From: Selaginella moellendorffii
Taxonomy: Eukaryota > Plantae > Lycopodiophyta
Direction: 5' to 3'
DNA: 64,000 nucleotides
Assembly: GCF_000143415.4 (NCBI RefSeq)
Contig: NW_003314297.1
Span: forward strand, 620,001-684,000
In this document: positions 50,131 to 61,895 of the stretch, one piece after another
Numbering within the stretch: position 1 is the stretch's first letter
How the letters are laid out: the number at the start of each line of letters is the position of its first letter
Translations under genes and position numbers: made by a program
Notes under the pieces: model-generated
What the model saw: the letters and a program-made list of their open reading frames with translations, nothing else
Databases searched by the model: none
What the model was told of the DNA's origin: nothing

Positions 50131-51079
50131 TAAAAAACAAGAGAATTGCACTTAAAATCTAAAGAGTAAGAAGAACTTACAAATTTAATTCTTCTTCCCA
50201 TTTTTTCTTCTTTAAATTGATTTCTAGTCTTGAATTTCCCTTAGAGTAGACAATATATAGTTCAACTTAGATATTTACAGACTAAGGGTCTTTAGGGCGC
50301 TAGAGGATGGAAATTTATCAATCAGCTGTGGTTTAGCCACTTTTAACTTAGTGTTTCCATGTAATTTGTGCTGTAAGAAAAACTATATAATTTTTTTATT
50401 ATCTAAACATAAAAAATCATGTACATTCATAAAACCAGATAAACCATTCATTTGGCCAAAGCCACCTAAATAGGCCCACTTGGGACACCTTTCTCACACT
50501 CTTGACGTAGTATCTGGAGTAGAACCACTGAAACCATCACGGTCAGGATTCAACACGAAGAGGTAGTGGTTTAAGAAAGAGAGCTTTGAGTAGATTGCTT
50601 CTTCTTTTTTCGTGAAGAAAGACGTCAAACTCGTATCTGGAACAAGGAAAAGCGAGAAGATGAAGACTTACAATTAACTAGTTCATTCATCTTGCAAGGA
50701 ACATTGGGGAGCACGATCCAAGTTTCAGTGCTCTCGGCCAGCAACTGAAGACGTGAATCAAACCAACAAAACAGTTGGACGACGGATTGTGAGCGAATCC
50801 ACCTCTAGATTGTCAAGCTCAGATTGGTCGATTTGTAGAAACTAATCAAAAGGACACCTTTGCCAAGATCCCTTACATAATTATAATTTCTGTTCTTACT
50901 GTGCATGGAGGCCGAAGCTTCGTTTTGGATTTGATGACATGCTTGCATGTTCCAAAAAGTTTGGTCACCTTTAGCTAGCAGACGGCCAGCTGTATATACT
51001 TTTTTTTTTTCTAAATTTAAAAGAAAAAAGGAAGGACATGATAAATTGGTGGAGTATAATTGAGCGATCCATCGCAAGC

Positions 51080-52098
51080 ATGGGGTCTGGATCGACGGAT
51101 TACGCTCTGATCCAAAACGACGAGGAGGCGGGGACAAGTTTGGAGCCCGTGAGTGGATACAGTCCCAGCTTTACAATCTCAAAAAAGGTAAGCAAGAAGA
51201 ACAGGCTTCATTGATCTTGTCGCTCGAGGGGATCTAAGCGATCTCTTATTGGTATAGCTCCTGTGTGAGTTCCTAGGCAGCGTGGTCCTCTTGCTTGGAG
51301 GAGCTGGAAGCGCCATTATCAACACCCAAACGAATGGAGCGCTGGGAATTCACGGCCTGGCGGGAGGATCCGCGATTGCAGTGGCGATTGTCATCATGTC
51401 CACGGGACACATCTCGGGCGCTCACATCAACCCGGCAGTCACTCTTGCCTTCGCCACATTCAGGCATTTCTCATGGATCCAGGTAAAAATCAAGTTTTTC
51501 CTCTCTCCTTTGGTATGATCAAAGATGGTGGCTCTTTGAAGGTGCCTCTCTACATAGTGGCGCAATTGGCTGGATCCCTGGCTTGTGCTTTCCTCCTCAA
51601 AGGGATGTATAATCCCGATCACCTGGCAACCGGCGTCACTGTTCCAGCCGGGTCAACGCTCCAGTCGCTCCTCTTTGAGATTGTTCTCACGGCGGTCCTC
51701 ATGTTCGTCATCACCAGCGTCGCCACTGACACACGAGCAGTAAGAACATATCTGTTGCTTGCAAGCTTCTATGGTTTCTTACGCTACAACCAGGTTGGAG
51801 AGTTGGCTGGAATCGCCGTTGGCCTGGCTGTCTACTTGGACATTTTGCTTGGGGGGTACGTAAGAAGCGCGTGTTTGTTGGCTATGGCGAGCTTATATAC
51901 TTGCAATGCAGCTATATCTCTGGAGCTTCCATGAACCCCGTGCGAACGCTTGGGCCGGCGGTGGCGGCTAGAGACTTCAGGGCATTGTGGATCTATTTCG
52001 TTGGACCGGTGGTGGGAGCTCAGATTGGAGGTGGTCTCTACACGCTCATACGCTTCAAAGACCATACCGAACGCAGGAAGGTGTTCAGGAAAGAGTAA
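51080..52098 (+). CDS. NIP: NIP-subfamily aquaporin (NPA/NPV), 5 exons
   Basis: [21 protein letters not shown]|[10 protein letters not shown] and [14 protein letters not shown], with canonical splice sites. Confidence 0.93.
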
Positions 52099-52243
52099 GA
52101 AAATCTGGAATGAAAGTTCATGCTTAAGGTTTTAGAAATTTGTGTAAGCATGGCATGTAGTAGCAAAATGATCCGGCTTGCGACAGCTGTGGTAGCGTGC
52201 TCGAGGGGATCAAACAAAAAGGAAATCAAAGAAAAGGAACTCG

Positions 52244-54147
52244 CTAGGCTGCCTCTGCGGCGGCTTGCGATTTTATATAGTTGTCTGATGCTGTTGCCAC
52301 CGATTGGATCGTCACTGGTACGCCGGGTCCCATCTGCAAATTTTGCAGCCAGCGAGCGAGATCGTCAAGCTGTCTGTCGAGAAAATTAGAGAACTCACCG
52401 TGGACGAGAGGTAGAACTTGTCAAAGAAACCAGTATACCTGGAGCCTGCATCACAGCATTCCATTGAGTTTGTGGATTAAAAAGTATACGACGCTTACTT
52501 TTCTTGAATCCTGCTGGTTTCGCACCAAGAACTGCTGCCGAGAACGCGGCGATGTTTTGGAACAGGTGCTCGTCCGGAAAATTGACCTGTGAGTTTGAAG
52601 TTTGAAGCGGATGAGTCGAGCAAAATACAAAGAGTTTCTCGCTACCTTTCCGAGCCCGGCATGAATGATAGCGGTTTTGTCTGCTCGAAAGTCGACACGT
52701 CCCTGCTTTGCGGCTCTCACCGCGTCGGCTACCATAACAGTCACGGTCCCCGTCTGAAGTAGAGAACAACGCTCTTGTTAGAGTAAAAGCTCAGCTTTTT
52801 CTCCCTACCTTGGGATTTGGCATCATGCCTCGCGGTCCCAGTATACGCGCAATCTACGAGTGGATCACTTCGTAGTAAGGAATAGCATGAGGAAAACGAT
52901 TACCTTTCCGAGCTTTGGCATAATGGAGGGGATGGCAATACATTTGTGGAAGTCAAGTTTTCCTCCACCTGTAAGTCCGGGACCTTAGCGAAAAAGAGAA
53001 ACGGAATAAAGCTTAACGATCGCTTACTGGCAAGAACTTTCTCAACCAGATCGTCAGTTCCAACGACGTCCGCTCCAGCCGCTAATGCCTCTTCCGCCGC
53101 CAGCCCGTCAGCAAAAACAGCGACTTTGACAACCTACGCTACGATCCACCTTCACATAAATCGCATGATGCTGAAGAGGAAACAAATGCACCAAGTCTCA
53201 CCTTTCCACTCCCGTAGGGAAGCGTCACGGCACCACGAACTATCTGCAACCAAAAAAGAGAAAAACAATACAGTCATAACAGGAGCTCCGATGCACTACA
53301 AAATCGTCCGACCTGATCAGACCGTTTCGGGTCGACTCCCAACTGGATGTGTACTTCCACTGTTTCGACGAATCTGCAGTGAGCGGATTTCTACAGAAAA
53401 AGAAAAAAGCGAAGAAAGAAAGATCAGACCGAATGAACTTAAAACTTAACATCACGTTACCTTGACAAGTCGAATGGCTTCTCCCAGGCTGACAAGTTCC
53501 TTCTTCTCCTTCGTCGCCGTCTCCTTGATGATCTTCGGTAGAGGGAGCGTGTAGTCGTAGGCCATTTGTGATGGCATATAAGGTCTCCTTGGTGGAGCTT
53601 TTCTCACTGCTGGAGCTGCCTGGGCCTCGACCTCCTCGACCTCCGGAGCTGGCCTATCTTCCGGGAGCGGCATTGTGCGTCGTTTGGGATACGCCACCTC
53701 TTCCACACTCTCGCTGGGAGCTGGCGTCGACTCGGCTGGCGGAGCTACATCCCCCTCGCTAGCTGCTGAAGCCGTTTGAGGAACTTTGTCATCCTCTAGA
53801 GCTTGTTTCCCAGCATCTTTGGTCCCAGCGTCCTTGGAAGCCTTCGCAGAAGTTTTCTTGGCATAGCCACTTTCAGATGTTGGCGCTGCTTTCTCTTCCT
53901 GCTTCGATCCGGGAGCTTTCTTCGCATAGCCGACAGTGGCATCTTCTACACTGGCGACTGCTGGTTCCTTCTTTGATCCGGCTTTCTCCTCTTTCTTCGA
54001 TGAGCCGGGAGCCTTTTGCTTGTCACCTGGCTTCTTGGAATCCGAGGACGCATACCTCAAGGAGACTCCAATGCCGCATTCGGTGTTGCTGTTCCTTGTC
54101 AGGCCCAAGAACCCACCACTCCTCACCAGCCGACGAAGAAGCGCCAT
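52244..54147 (-). CDS. RPL1: Organellar (likely mitochondrial) ribosomal protein uL1 with a long low-complexity N-terminal extension
   Basis: Presequence-like [11 protein letters not shown], then [45 protein letters not shown] and LSST|MGPG. Confidence 0.88.
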
Positions 54148-54157
54148 AACCTCATCA

Positions 54158-54165
54158 AAACCCTA
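54158..54165 (+). promoter_or_regulatory. Telo-box (AAACCCTA) upstream of RPL1; others at 16998-17005 (MOS2), 21251-21258 (YY1) and 56361-56368 (TIC110/SET)
   Basis: Exact AAACCCTA/TAGGGTTT within ~25 nt of start codons. Confidence 0.6.
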
Positions 54166-54195
54166 TACCCCTGCCTCAGCGTTAAACCCCTTCGT

Positions 54196-56274
54196 CTAAA
54201 CTCCCATCATCCTCTTCACCCCTTCGTCCGTCCCGAACGCCTCGGCTATGTGGAGCAGCGTCTTCACCTGGAGCTTCCCATACGCCGCCGTGATCCCTCT
54301 CACCAAGATCTTCATCGCCCTCTCCTTGTCTCGCTCGGGGCACGTCAAGAACAGCCGAGCCAGGAGAAATCTCGTCTTGAACCATCCCGGGGCCGTAAAC
54401 TGCAGCATCTCCATCACCTGGACGTGCCCCACGAACGCCTTGCCGCGGAAGGACCCCACCTCGTTGATCGCGTAGTTGCAGTAGAGCTCGGCTCCCCCGG
54501 CGCGTATCCACACTTTCTCGAGCTCGGCGATGTCGAGCTTGTCCAGCACCTGTTCGAGCTGCGAGACCTGCGCAGCCATCGCCAGGAGCTCCAGCGACTT
54601 GTCGATCACGTCCACCTGCTGGAGCGAAACCGTCTTGAGTTGCTCGTGATGCCTGCTCTCCAGTTCGCACCGCTTGCACTTGCAGGTGAATCTCCAGTCG
54701 ATGAAGCACTCGTCCCTCCGGTGCTCCCACCACGATGCCAGGCACTCGACGTAGCACAGAACAATCTCCTCGCCAGCCTCGAGATCTCTGGCTGCTCGGA
54801 TCATCATGGCTCGGCCAAACACGTCCGAGGCGACGTTTGGCAGGCACGAGTGATTGATCAATCCTGGAAGTCCCCAGATGCCGGCGAACTTCGGAACGTC
54901 GCCACCAAGCCTGGGCCCGAACGACGACATCTCGATAATCTGTCTCGCCCTGGCTGGAGAGATGGAGCTCGCCTGCTCCTTTATATCGAGCTCGCTGTTG
55001 CTACCGAAGTTCGCCAGCTCGGGAACTCCGGTCATGTTGTGATGAATCGCCAGCGCGTCCATCTGCTTCAAAGCCCGGGTGCTGGAGTTCCCAACCCGGA
55101 CGGTCTCCACCACCAAGTTTCCCTGCAGCTCCGCCTCGCTCAGCTTCCTGTCCAAGTTGGGGACGTAGACGATGGGATTCGCGACGACGAGGAGCTCTCC
55201 GCAGTCGACTCGCCGAGTCACAAACACTCCCCTTCCACGCCCGTCTCCAGTCATCCGAATCTCCACAGGTCCGACGAAGTCGGCACACTCGGGAGTTAGA
55301 TCCTGGCGGCAGGAGCTGAGAAGAAACTCTTCCAGATCGTAGACTCCACTCTCGGACTGCTTGAGCAGCTTGGAGCATCGAGAGATGGCGGACTTGATCG
55401 CCACCTTTCCGGAAGGCGAAGAAGAAGAAGAATGATCCTCAGTCAAGGCCTTGTTGAGCAGTTCCAGAGCTTGCCGGTGCTGCTGGAGCGCAGAGAGCGC
55501 CATTGCTTTCCTGTAAAGGCACTTGGAATGCCGTGGATCGATGCCCAGGGCCTGGTTGCAATCGGCTATGGCTTCCTCGTACCTCTGGCACCGCAGAAAA
55601 ACTTCCGCCCGGTTGGACGACGCGAGCACAAACTCCTCGTCGTCGCGCTTCCTGGTGATCTTCTTGGAGCTCCTTGCGATGGAAGCATCGTAGCACAGCC
55701 TCGCAAGGACGTAACTCCCAGCCGCGAAGAACTCGTTGCCTTTGAACCTGATCTCTCGAGCTTCCTCCTTCCTGGAGAATAGATTCTTCCTCGCCTCGAC
55801 GATCTCCACCGACAGTGGCGACTGGACGAAGAGCAGCGGGAAATGCGATCCTTCCACGGTGGAGAGAACCGGCTCTTTGAGCACAACCTCCACATCCCTG
55901 GGAAACAAGGAGCAAACCTGGCCAGCGCTGGAATCCGACACCACGGCATTGAAGATCACGATGAAGATGACACAGCCGTCGCAGGCCTCGATCGCGGAGA
56001 CGACAGTGTGCCCGGATCGCACGGGATCGGTGCCAAGGAATCCTGCGACGCCATAGCCCTCGTAGCACTTGAGCTTCCGGCATTTCGCCCGATCTTTCCC
56101 GGGCTGCTGCTGCTGCTCAAAGCGATCCTTGAATTCCCTGATCACTTCCCGGAGCGGCAGCGTCTTGAGACGATCCAGACGAGGGATGCGATCCTTCCAT
56201 CCCTGTGTCATTGCCCGATTCTCCATGATAGATGCCAGCATTCTCACGCCGCGGTCCATTGGAGACTGGTCCAT
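54196..56274 (-). CDS. TPR + SET-domain lysine methyltransferase (ATXR1/SDG35-like) with an extra N-terminal domain; intronless
   Basis: TPRs (KGNEFF, SNRAEVFL, KCLYRKA), GRGRGVFVT, LINHSCLPN, GEEIVLCY and post-SET FTCKCKRC. Confidence 0.88.
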   Translation of the reverse strand: MDQSPMDRGVRMLASIMENRAMTQGWKDRIPRLDRLKTLPLREVIREFKDRFEQQQQPGKDRAKCRKLKCYEGYGVAGFLGTDPVRSGHTVVSAIEACDGCVIFIVIFNAVVSDSSAGQVCSLFPRDVEVVLKEPVLSTVEGSHFPLLFVQSPLSVEIVEARKNLFSRKEEAREIRFKGNEFFAAGSYVLARLCYDASIARSSKKITRKRDDEEFVLASSNRAEVFLRCQRYEEAIADCNQALGIDPRHSKCLYRKAMALSALQQHRQALELLNKALTEDHSSSSSPSGKVAIKSAISRCSKLLKQSESGVYDLEEFLLSSCRQDLTPECADFVGPVEIRMTGDGRGRGVFVTRRVDCGELLVVANPIVYVPNLDRKLSEAELQGNLVVETVRVGNSSTRALKQMDALAIHHNMTGVPELANFGSNSELDIKEQASSISPARARQIIEMSSFGPRLGGDVPKFAGIWGLPGLINHSCLPNVASDVFGRAMMIRAARDLEAGEEIVLCYVECLASWWEHRRDECFIDWRFTCKCKRCELESRHHEQLKTVSLQQVDVIDKSLELLAMAAQVSQLEQVLDKLDIAELEKVWIRAGGAELYCNYAINEVGSFRGKAFVGHVQVMEMLQFTAPGWFKTRFLLARLFLTCPERDKERAMKILVRGITAAYGKLQVKTLLHIAEAFGTDEGVKRMMGV

Positions 56275-56383
56275 GGGAAACGAACAAAGAGCCCTAAATT
56301 TTCAAGAATATCCTCATTACAAGCGGCCTAAATCCCTTGGAATATTCTCTCTCGATGAATTAGGGTTTATCAGGGCAAGAGCA

Positions 56384-59300
56384 ATGCTCCCGACGCCGTG
56401 TCTCTCGGCCGGATGCCGCCGGCACGCCAGATTAGCGCCCGGCAGCGTCGATAGTGGATTCTTCGCGTCGCGGCAGCTGCACAGGGCTCACATTTCTTCT
56501 CGCAGGAGGAGATTGCGAGCTAGAATCTCCGGGTCTGTTGCTTCCTCCTCCTCCTCCTCCTCGGCATCGGCCGCGGAGAAATCGAATGTTTTCGGGAGTG
56601 AGAAGCGGCTGTCGGGGCCCAAGAAGCTGCTCGAAGGCATGCCTGCCCCGACGAGGTATGTGACGTGCACGGCGATTGTTGCTGGAGCTCTCATGGCTGG
56701 CTATGCAGTGGGAAGCCAAGCCAAAGGCACTCCCAACGCTGCATTGGCCGGGGCAATCGCCCTGGGCGCTGTTGGAGGAGCTACAGCGTTTGTCGTGAAT
56801 TCCATGGCTCCCGATGTAGCGGCAGCGCAGGTGCACAATCTACTCGTCAATCATCCCGATCCAAGGTCGCTGCGAGGGGAAGAAATCGAGGGGATTCTCA
56901 AAAAGTATGCTTTTTTCGTTTCGCTCTTTCATCTTGCTGACTTCGATTCTTCTTTGCTCGCTCAGGTTTGGGATCAACAAAACGAATGAGAAGTTTAATA
57001 CCGAGCTTCGCAATCTGTACGATAGTTTTGTGAGCTCTGTTATTCCTCCTGGCAACGAGGATCTCAAAGGCGATGAGGCCGCGACGATTCGGAAGTTCAA
57101 GGAGGCTTTGGGATTAGACGATCCGGATGCTGCTGCTGTTCACATTGAGGTAAAATCGCTTGGGTCTCCGGTTGCCGGTTGTCTCAGCTTTTCTTGCCTC
57201 TAGATATGCAGGCGAATTGTCAGGCAACGACTTGAAACTGGTGATAGAGACACTGCTGTTGAAGAACTTCGGGTAAGATTTCTTCTGCTTTAATATTTCC
57301 TGCGATGCTGACGCTGTCTAATTTTCAGGCATTCCAAAAGCTTGTATACGTTTCGAATCTTGTTTTTGGCGAGGCCTCGAAGTTTTTGCTACCTTGGAAG
57401 CGAGTTTTCAAAGTTACCGATTCTCAGGTTTGTTTTGGATGTTGTCTGTACACTGCTCTGACTCATGTTGTGTACAAAGGTTGAGATAGCAGTTCGAGAC
57501 AATGCTCAGAGGCTATTTGCAACAAAGCTAAGCTCAATTGGAACAGGCAAGTAATCTTCATATAGAACTTGTATATTTTTGTTCTAATTACTTTGCTTGC
57601 TATAGATGTTAATATTGACCAACTCAAAGAACTGCGGCGAATCCAGCTCAAAGTCCAGCTCTCTGACGAGGTAACACTTGCATACACTAAGAAATATAGT
57701 TCTGATCTGTTTGTAGTAGATTACGAGTTCCCTTTTCAAGTCGCACACTCAAAAGCTTCTTGAAGGATACATTTCTCGAGCTTTGGAGGTCTTGAAAGCT
57801 CGAACCAGAATCAAGTAAGTTTTAATGATTCTCTGTACAGACTAAATTCAGACTAAGTTACTTATAACCTGTTTCCAGGGATACAAAAAAATTGGTGATG
57901 GAGCTAGAAAACATGCTAGCATACAATGATTTACTGTCCGCCCTTGCTAAGGATGCCGATTCTTCAAGCTTGGTACCAGGCCTGGGCCCAGCATCGGTCA
58001 TAGGTTTGAGTGCATACACTATTCTTTGTTTCTTACACTTTTCATGGATCAGGAGGTGTCTATGACAGCGATCGGGCAATGGATGACCTTAAACTGCTGT
58101 ATCGAACATATTTGAGTGAAGCTGTAGTATCAAATGGTCAATTGCTCAAAGAGAAGGTATGACTCGCTCGGTTACAGACGATCCCATCTTAAGCAATAAC
58201 GTTTTATTTTTATTGTAGCTGCCCTTGCTGGCTCAGCTGAAAAACACATTTGGCATTGGAAATCGCGAGGCCGACGATATCATGCTGGATATCACAACGA
58301 AAGTCTATCGCCGACGGCTATCACTAGCAGTTACAGACGGCGATCTTGATGCCGCAACCAGCAAGGCAACATTCTTACAGAATCTCTGTAATAGTCTTCA
58401 ATTTGATCCTGCAAAGGCAAGCAAAGTGCACGAAGGTTTGTAAATTTCTATCGGTGTCATCTTGTTGACTTAATTCTCGTTTCATTTCCAGAAATATACA
58501 GGCAAAAACTTGAGCAATGCGTAGCTGACGGTAGTTTGAGTGACGAGGATATTTCAGCGTTGCTGCGACTGCGTGTTCTTCTGTGCATTCCTCAGGAAAC
58601 TGTTGAGACTGCCCACGCAGACATCTGTGGTCGTATTTTTGCAAAGGTATTCATACTTCCCTTCGTGTACTTTTCTTACTAAAAATTCCTCTCTCAGGTC
58701 GTCAATACTGCCATTTCTTCGGGAGTTGATGGCTACGATCCAGAGACGACAGCCACTGTTCGGGCAGCCATTAAAGGCCTTCGTTTAAGCCAAAAAGCGG
58801 CTATGGATATCGCAAGCAAAGCGGTACTGTCACGCAGAATCTTTAATTTCTAGAGTGTTACTGAATTGGCTGAATGCAGGTTCGTACTATGTTCATGACG
58901 TATGTGAAGAGATCAAGAACAGCAGACAACCGGACCGAGTCGGCAAGAGAGCTGAAGAAAATGATCCTCTTCAACAACCTTGTGGTCACTGAGCTGGTGG
59001 ACGATATAAAACAGGATCCCAACGTCGTCAAGGCTGAGTTCGTGGAAGAGAAAAAAGTGGAGGAAGTCGACTACATTGACGATGGCCTGGAAATGCTACA
59101 GTCTCTCAGAAAGACGAAACCGGACCAGACCAGGGAGACAAGTGGAAAAGAGCCACAGAAAGAGATAACTCTGCGTGACGACCTTCCAGCCAGGGATCGA
59201 ACGGATCTATATCGGCTCTACCTGATATACTGCCTCACCGGAGAAACGACTCACATGCCGTTTGGGTCCTCGATCGTGGTACAACGAGACAGCAGCGAAT

Positions 59301-60170
59301 TCGAAAGGCTTGGTGAACTGGGAATCATCCTTGGCCTCACACCGATGGAAATCGGCACCGTTCACAAGGGGCTGGCAGAGCAGGCTTTCAAGCAGCAAGC
59401 CGAGGTGATCCTTGCAGATGGCAAGCTCTTGCCGCAGAAGATGGAACAGCTCGTCGAAGTCCAAAAGCAGCTCGGCCTCCCATCCGATTCGTTCCAAAAA
59501 GTCGTGCACAACATTGCAACGACAAAGATGGCGGGAGCCATCGATGCTGCTGTGAGGAGCGGCGAGCTCAAAGTGGAGGAAATCAAGGAAATGCGGGATG
59601 CGGGCGTGAAGATCGACAGCATGATATCCAAGGAGCAACGAGAGAAGATGTATAGGAGCCTGGTGGATAGGGAGCTTTCATCCGGAAAGGGAGAGTTCGA
59701 CGAGGACAAGTTCTATACTTCCATGCCCGCGGAACTGGAGCTCGATCCCGCGAAGTGCCGGAGCATGGTGGACGATCTCGCCAAGCAACGGTTGAAGAGC
59801 TCGCTGATTCAAGCCGTGGCCTTGTTGAGGCAGAAGAACGAGACAGGAGTGGTAAGTTCTCTCGAAAGCTTTTCTTTTCTGTTTCCTTGGTGAGATTCGT
59901 GACAACGTTTTCTTCTTGTTTCAGGTGTCTCAGCTTACAAATCTTCTGCTGTGCGACAAGCTTGTAAGATCAGAGAAGCTGTCGTGGGCAGTGAAGGACG
60001 AGCTGAAAGATCTCTACTGCATCTACGTAAAGACGTCTCCTCCGGCGGAGAAGCAGCAAAGGCTGCAAGAGCTGTTTGGATTCAGCGCGTCCATGGCCAA
60101 GTCGCTCGAGGACTTTGTCGCGGCCAACGGATTCAGCCTCGCCGGAGACGAAGAGGAGCTCAAGTTTTGA
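56384..60170 (+). CDS. TIC110: Chloroplast inner-envelope translocon TIC110, multi-exon
   Basis: Transit peptide and two TM helices, plus SSVIPPGNEDLKGDE, LGLDDPDAAAVHIE, FQKLVYVSNLVFG, LPWKRVFKVTDSQ and QAEVILADG. Confidence 0.93.
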
Positions 60171-60419
60171 GAGGCTGTTTGTTTGTACTCTACATAAAAG
60201 TTTTCGCGCTACCAACATATTCTCGGAATCTTACTAAATGGTCTAGGGTTCGAATCCTAGCACACATTCTCGAGTACTGGTCTGGGGTTCGAATCCTACT
60301 CGCGTTAGCGTTAGGGTTAGGGCGCGTGGGAGCGGGAAAGGAAGAATGAGGTAAGCGAGCGCTTGCTTGTGCGCAGCTCAGCTTTGTGTGTTTGCCTGTG
60401 TTCCAGTGGCGCGCGAGCG

Positions 60420-60802
60420 ATGGAGGAGGACACAAAGAAGGAGGAGGAGTTTAACATCGGGCCTCTCTCGGTTCTCACTTCGAGCGTCAAGCAAAATACC
60501 CAGGTTAGAATCACTATGGTGAAATTCTCTCTCTCTCTCGCGCGCGCGCGCTAAGCTTGTCTTCGTTTCTTTCCCCCCAGGTGCTGATCAACTGTAGGAA
60601 CAACAGGAAGCTGCTGGGGCGCGTCAAGGCATTCGATCGCCACTGCAACATGGTGCTGGAGAACGTCCGCGAGATGTGGACGGAGGTGCCCAAGACGGGC
60701 AAGGGGAAGAAGAAGGCCAAGCCCGTGAACAAGGACCGGTTCATCAGCAAGATGTTCCTCCGCGGCGACTCGGTCATCATCGTGCTCAAGAATCCCAAGT
60801 GA
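60420..60802 (+). CDS. SmD2: Small nuclear ribonucleoprotein Sm D2 (exons 60420-60503, 60581-60802)
   Basis: GPLSVL..SVKQNTQ|[35 protein letters not shown]...FLRGDSVI. Confidence 0.96.
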
Positions 60803-61895
60803 AGCCAGCCCCAGTGAGTTTCCAAAGTTCTCTCGAGTAGGCTTCTTTTATCGCGGCTAGCGCGGACTAAAATCTCTCTCGTTTCTTGTACACTTTGCTC
60901 AGAGAAAAGCAAAGCAAAGCAAAGCGATTTTGCCACTGCTCCTTGTGTCTTGTATGCTTTGTTGTCCTCGTCCTCGTCCGTCCGGAGCCAGGAAAAGGCC
61001 AGAGATCTTTATAAAACTCCTGGTAGCGATCTAATCTCATTAACTCTTGCTGCGCAGGACCGCCATCCATCCCGCGAATCCCGGAGCAGCAAAAACACAA
61101 AAACTGAAGTCCAAGCTAGCGCGAGTGACGTGAGAGATCCTGAGCAGCCCATCCCTGCCAGACTCGGAGGAAGAAGGAAGATCAGCATCAGCATCAACCA
61201 GAAAGACAAGTCTGTTCCACCAAAAGCTCATTCAAGCACTTTGGCTCGCATCAAGACAGCACAAGGAGTAAAGACTTGATAGCGAAAACCCGAGAAAAGA
61301 AAAGAAAAGAAAAAGAAATAAAGAGAGAAGGACCACTCTGGTTGATCGCCAGAACAAGAATTGTGCGTCTCTCTCGCGATATATACGTACCATAGCTTTG
61401 CATTCCCTTAAATTGGGCTGGAAATCGAGAGAATGCGGCGAGAGAGAGAGAGAGAGCGCGCACAGCCAGCCACGGAGCCTCGCCGCGCGAATGCAATGCG
61501 ACTGCCTCATAGAGAGAGAGGACCCGCGCACTAGAAATTCAAGTGACGGGAAAAATCAACCGCGTCGCCATGCAAGAATGGGCCTCCCTTCATGAAGTTG
61601 ACGCCTGCCGGAAGAGTTTATAAGATAAGATGGCATGCCTCTAGATATTCTCTCATCTCCGCGAGCGGCGGGCGCTTTCTTTTCCATGGAACCACTCCTG
61701 CGCAGGGATTCTCGTGTGTCGGAACGAAAAGAGGAGGAGAGAAAAGGATGTGGAAAGCGCGAAGCGTTGTTCCTCCGAGAGGAAACGCAAAAGAAAGAGA
61801 GGTCTGCAAGCATTGCTGTCTCTTCCAATTCGTCTTCCTCGGTTTTCTTTCTATATCTCTCTCTTTCCAGGCGGCTGGAGACGTCGAATCCATCC

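Noticed and set aside
54016-55299. 427-aa plus-strand ORF
   Set aside because: Antisense shadow of the TPR-SET CDS.
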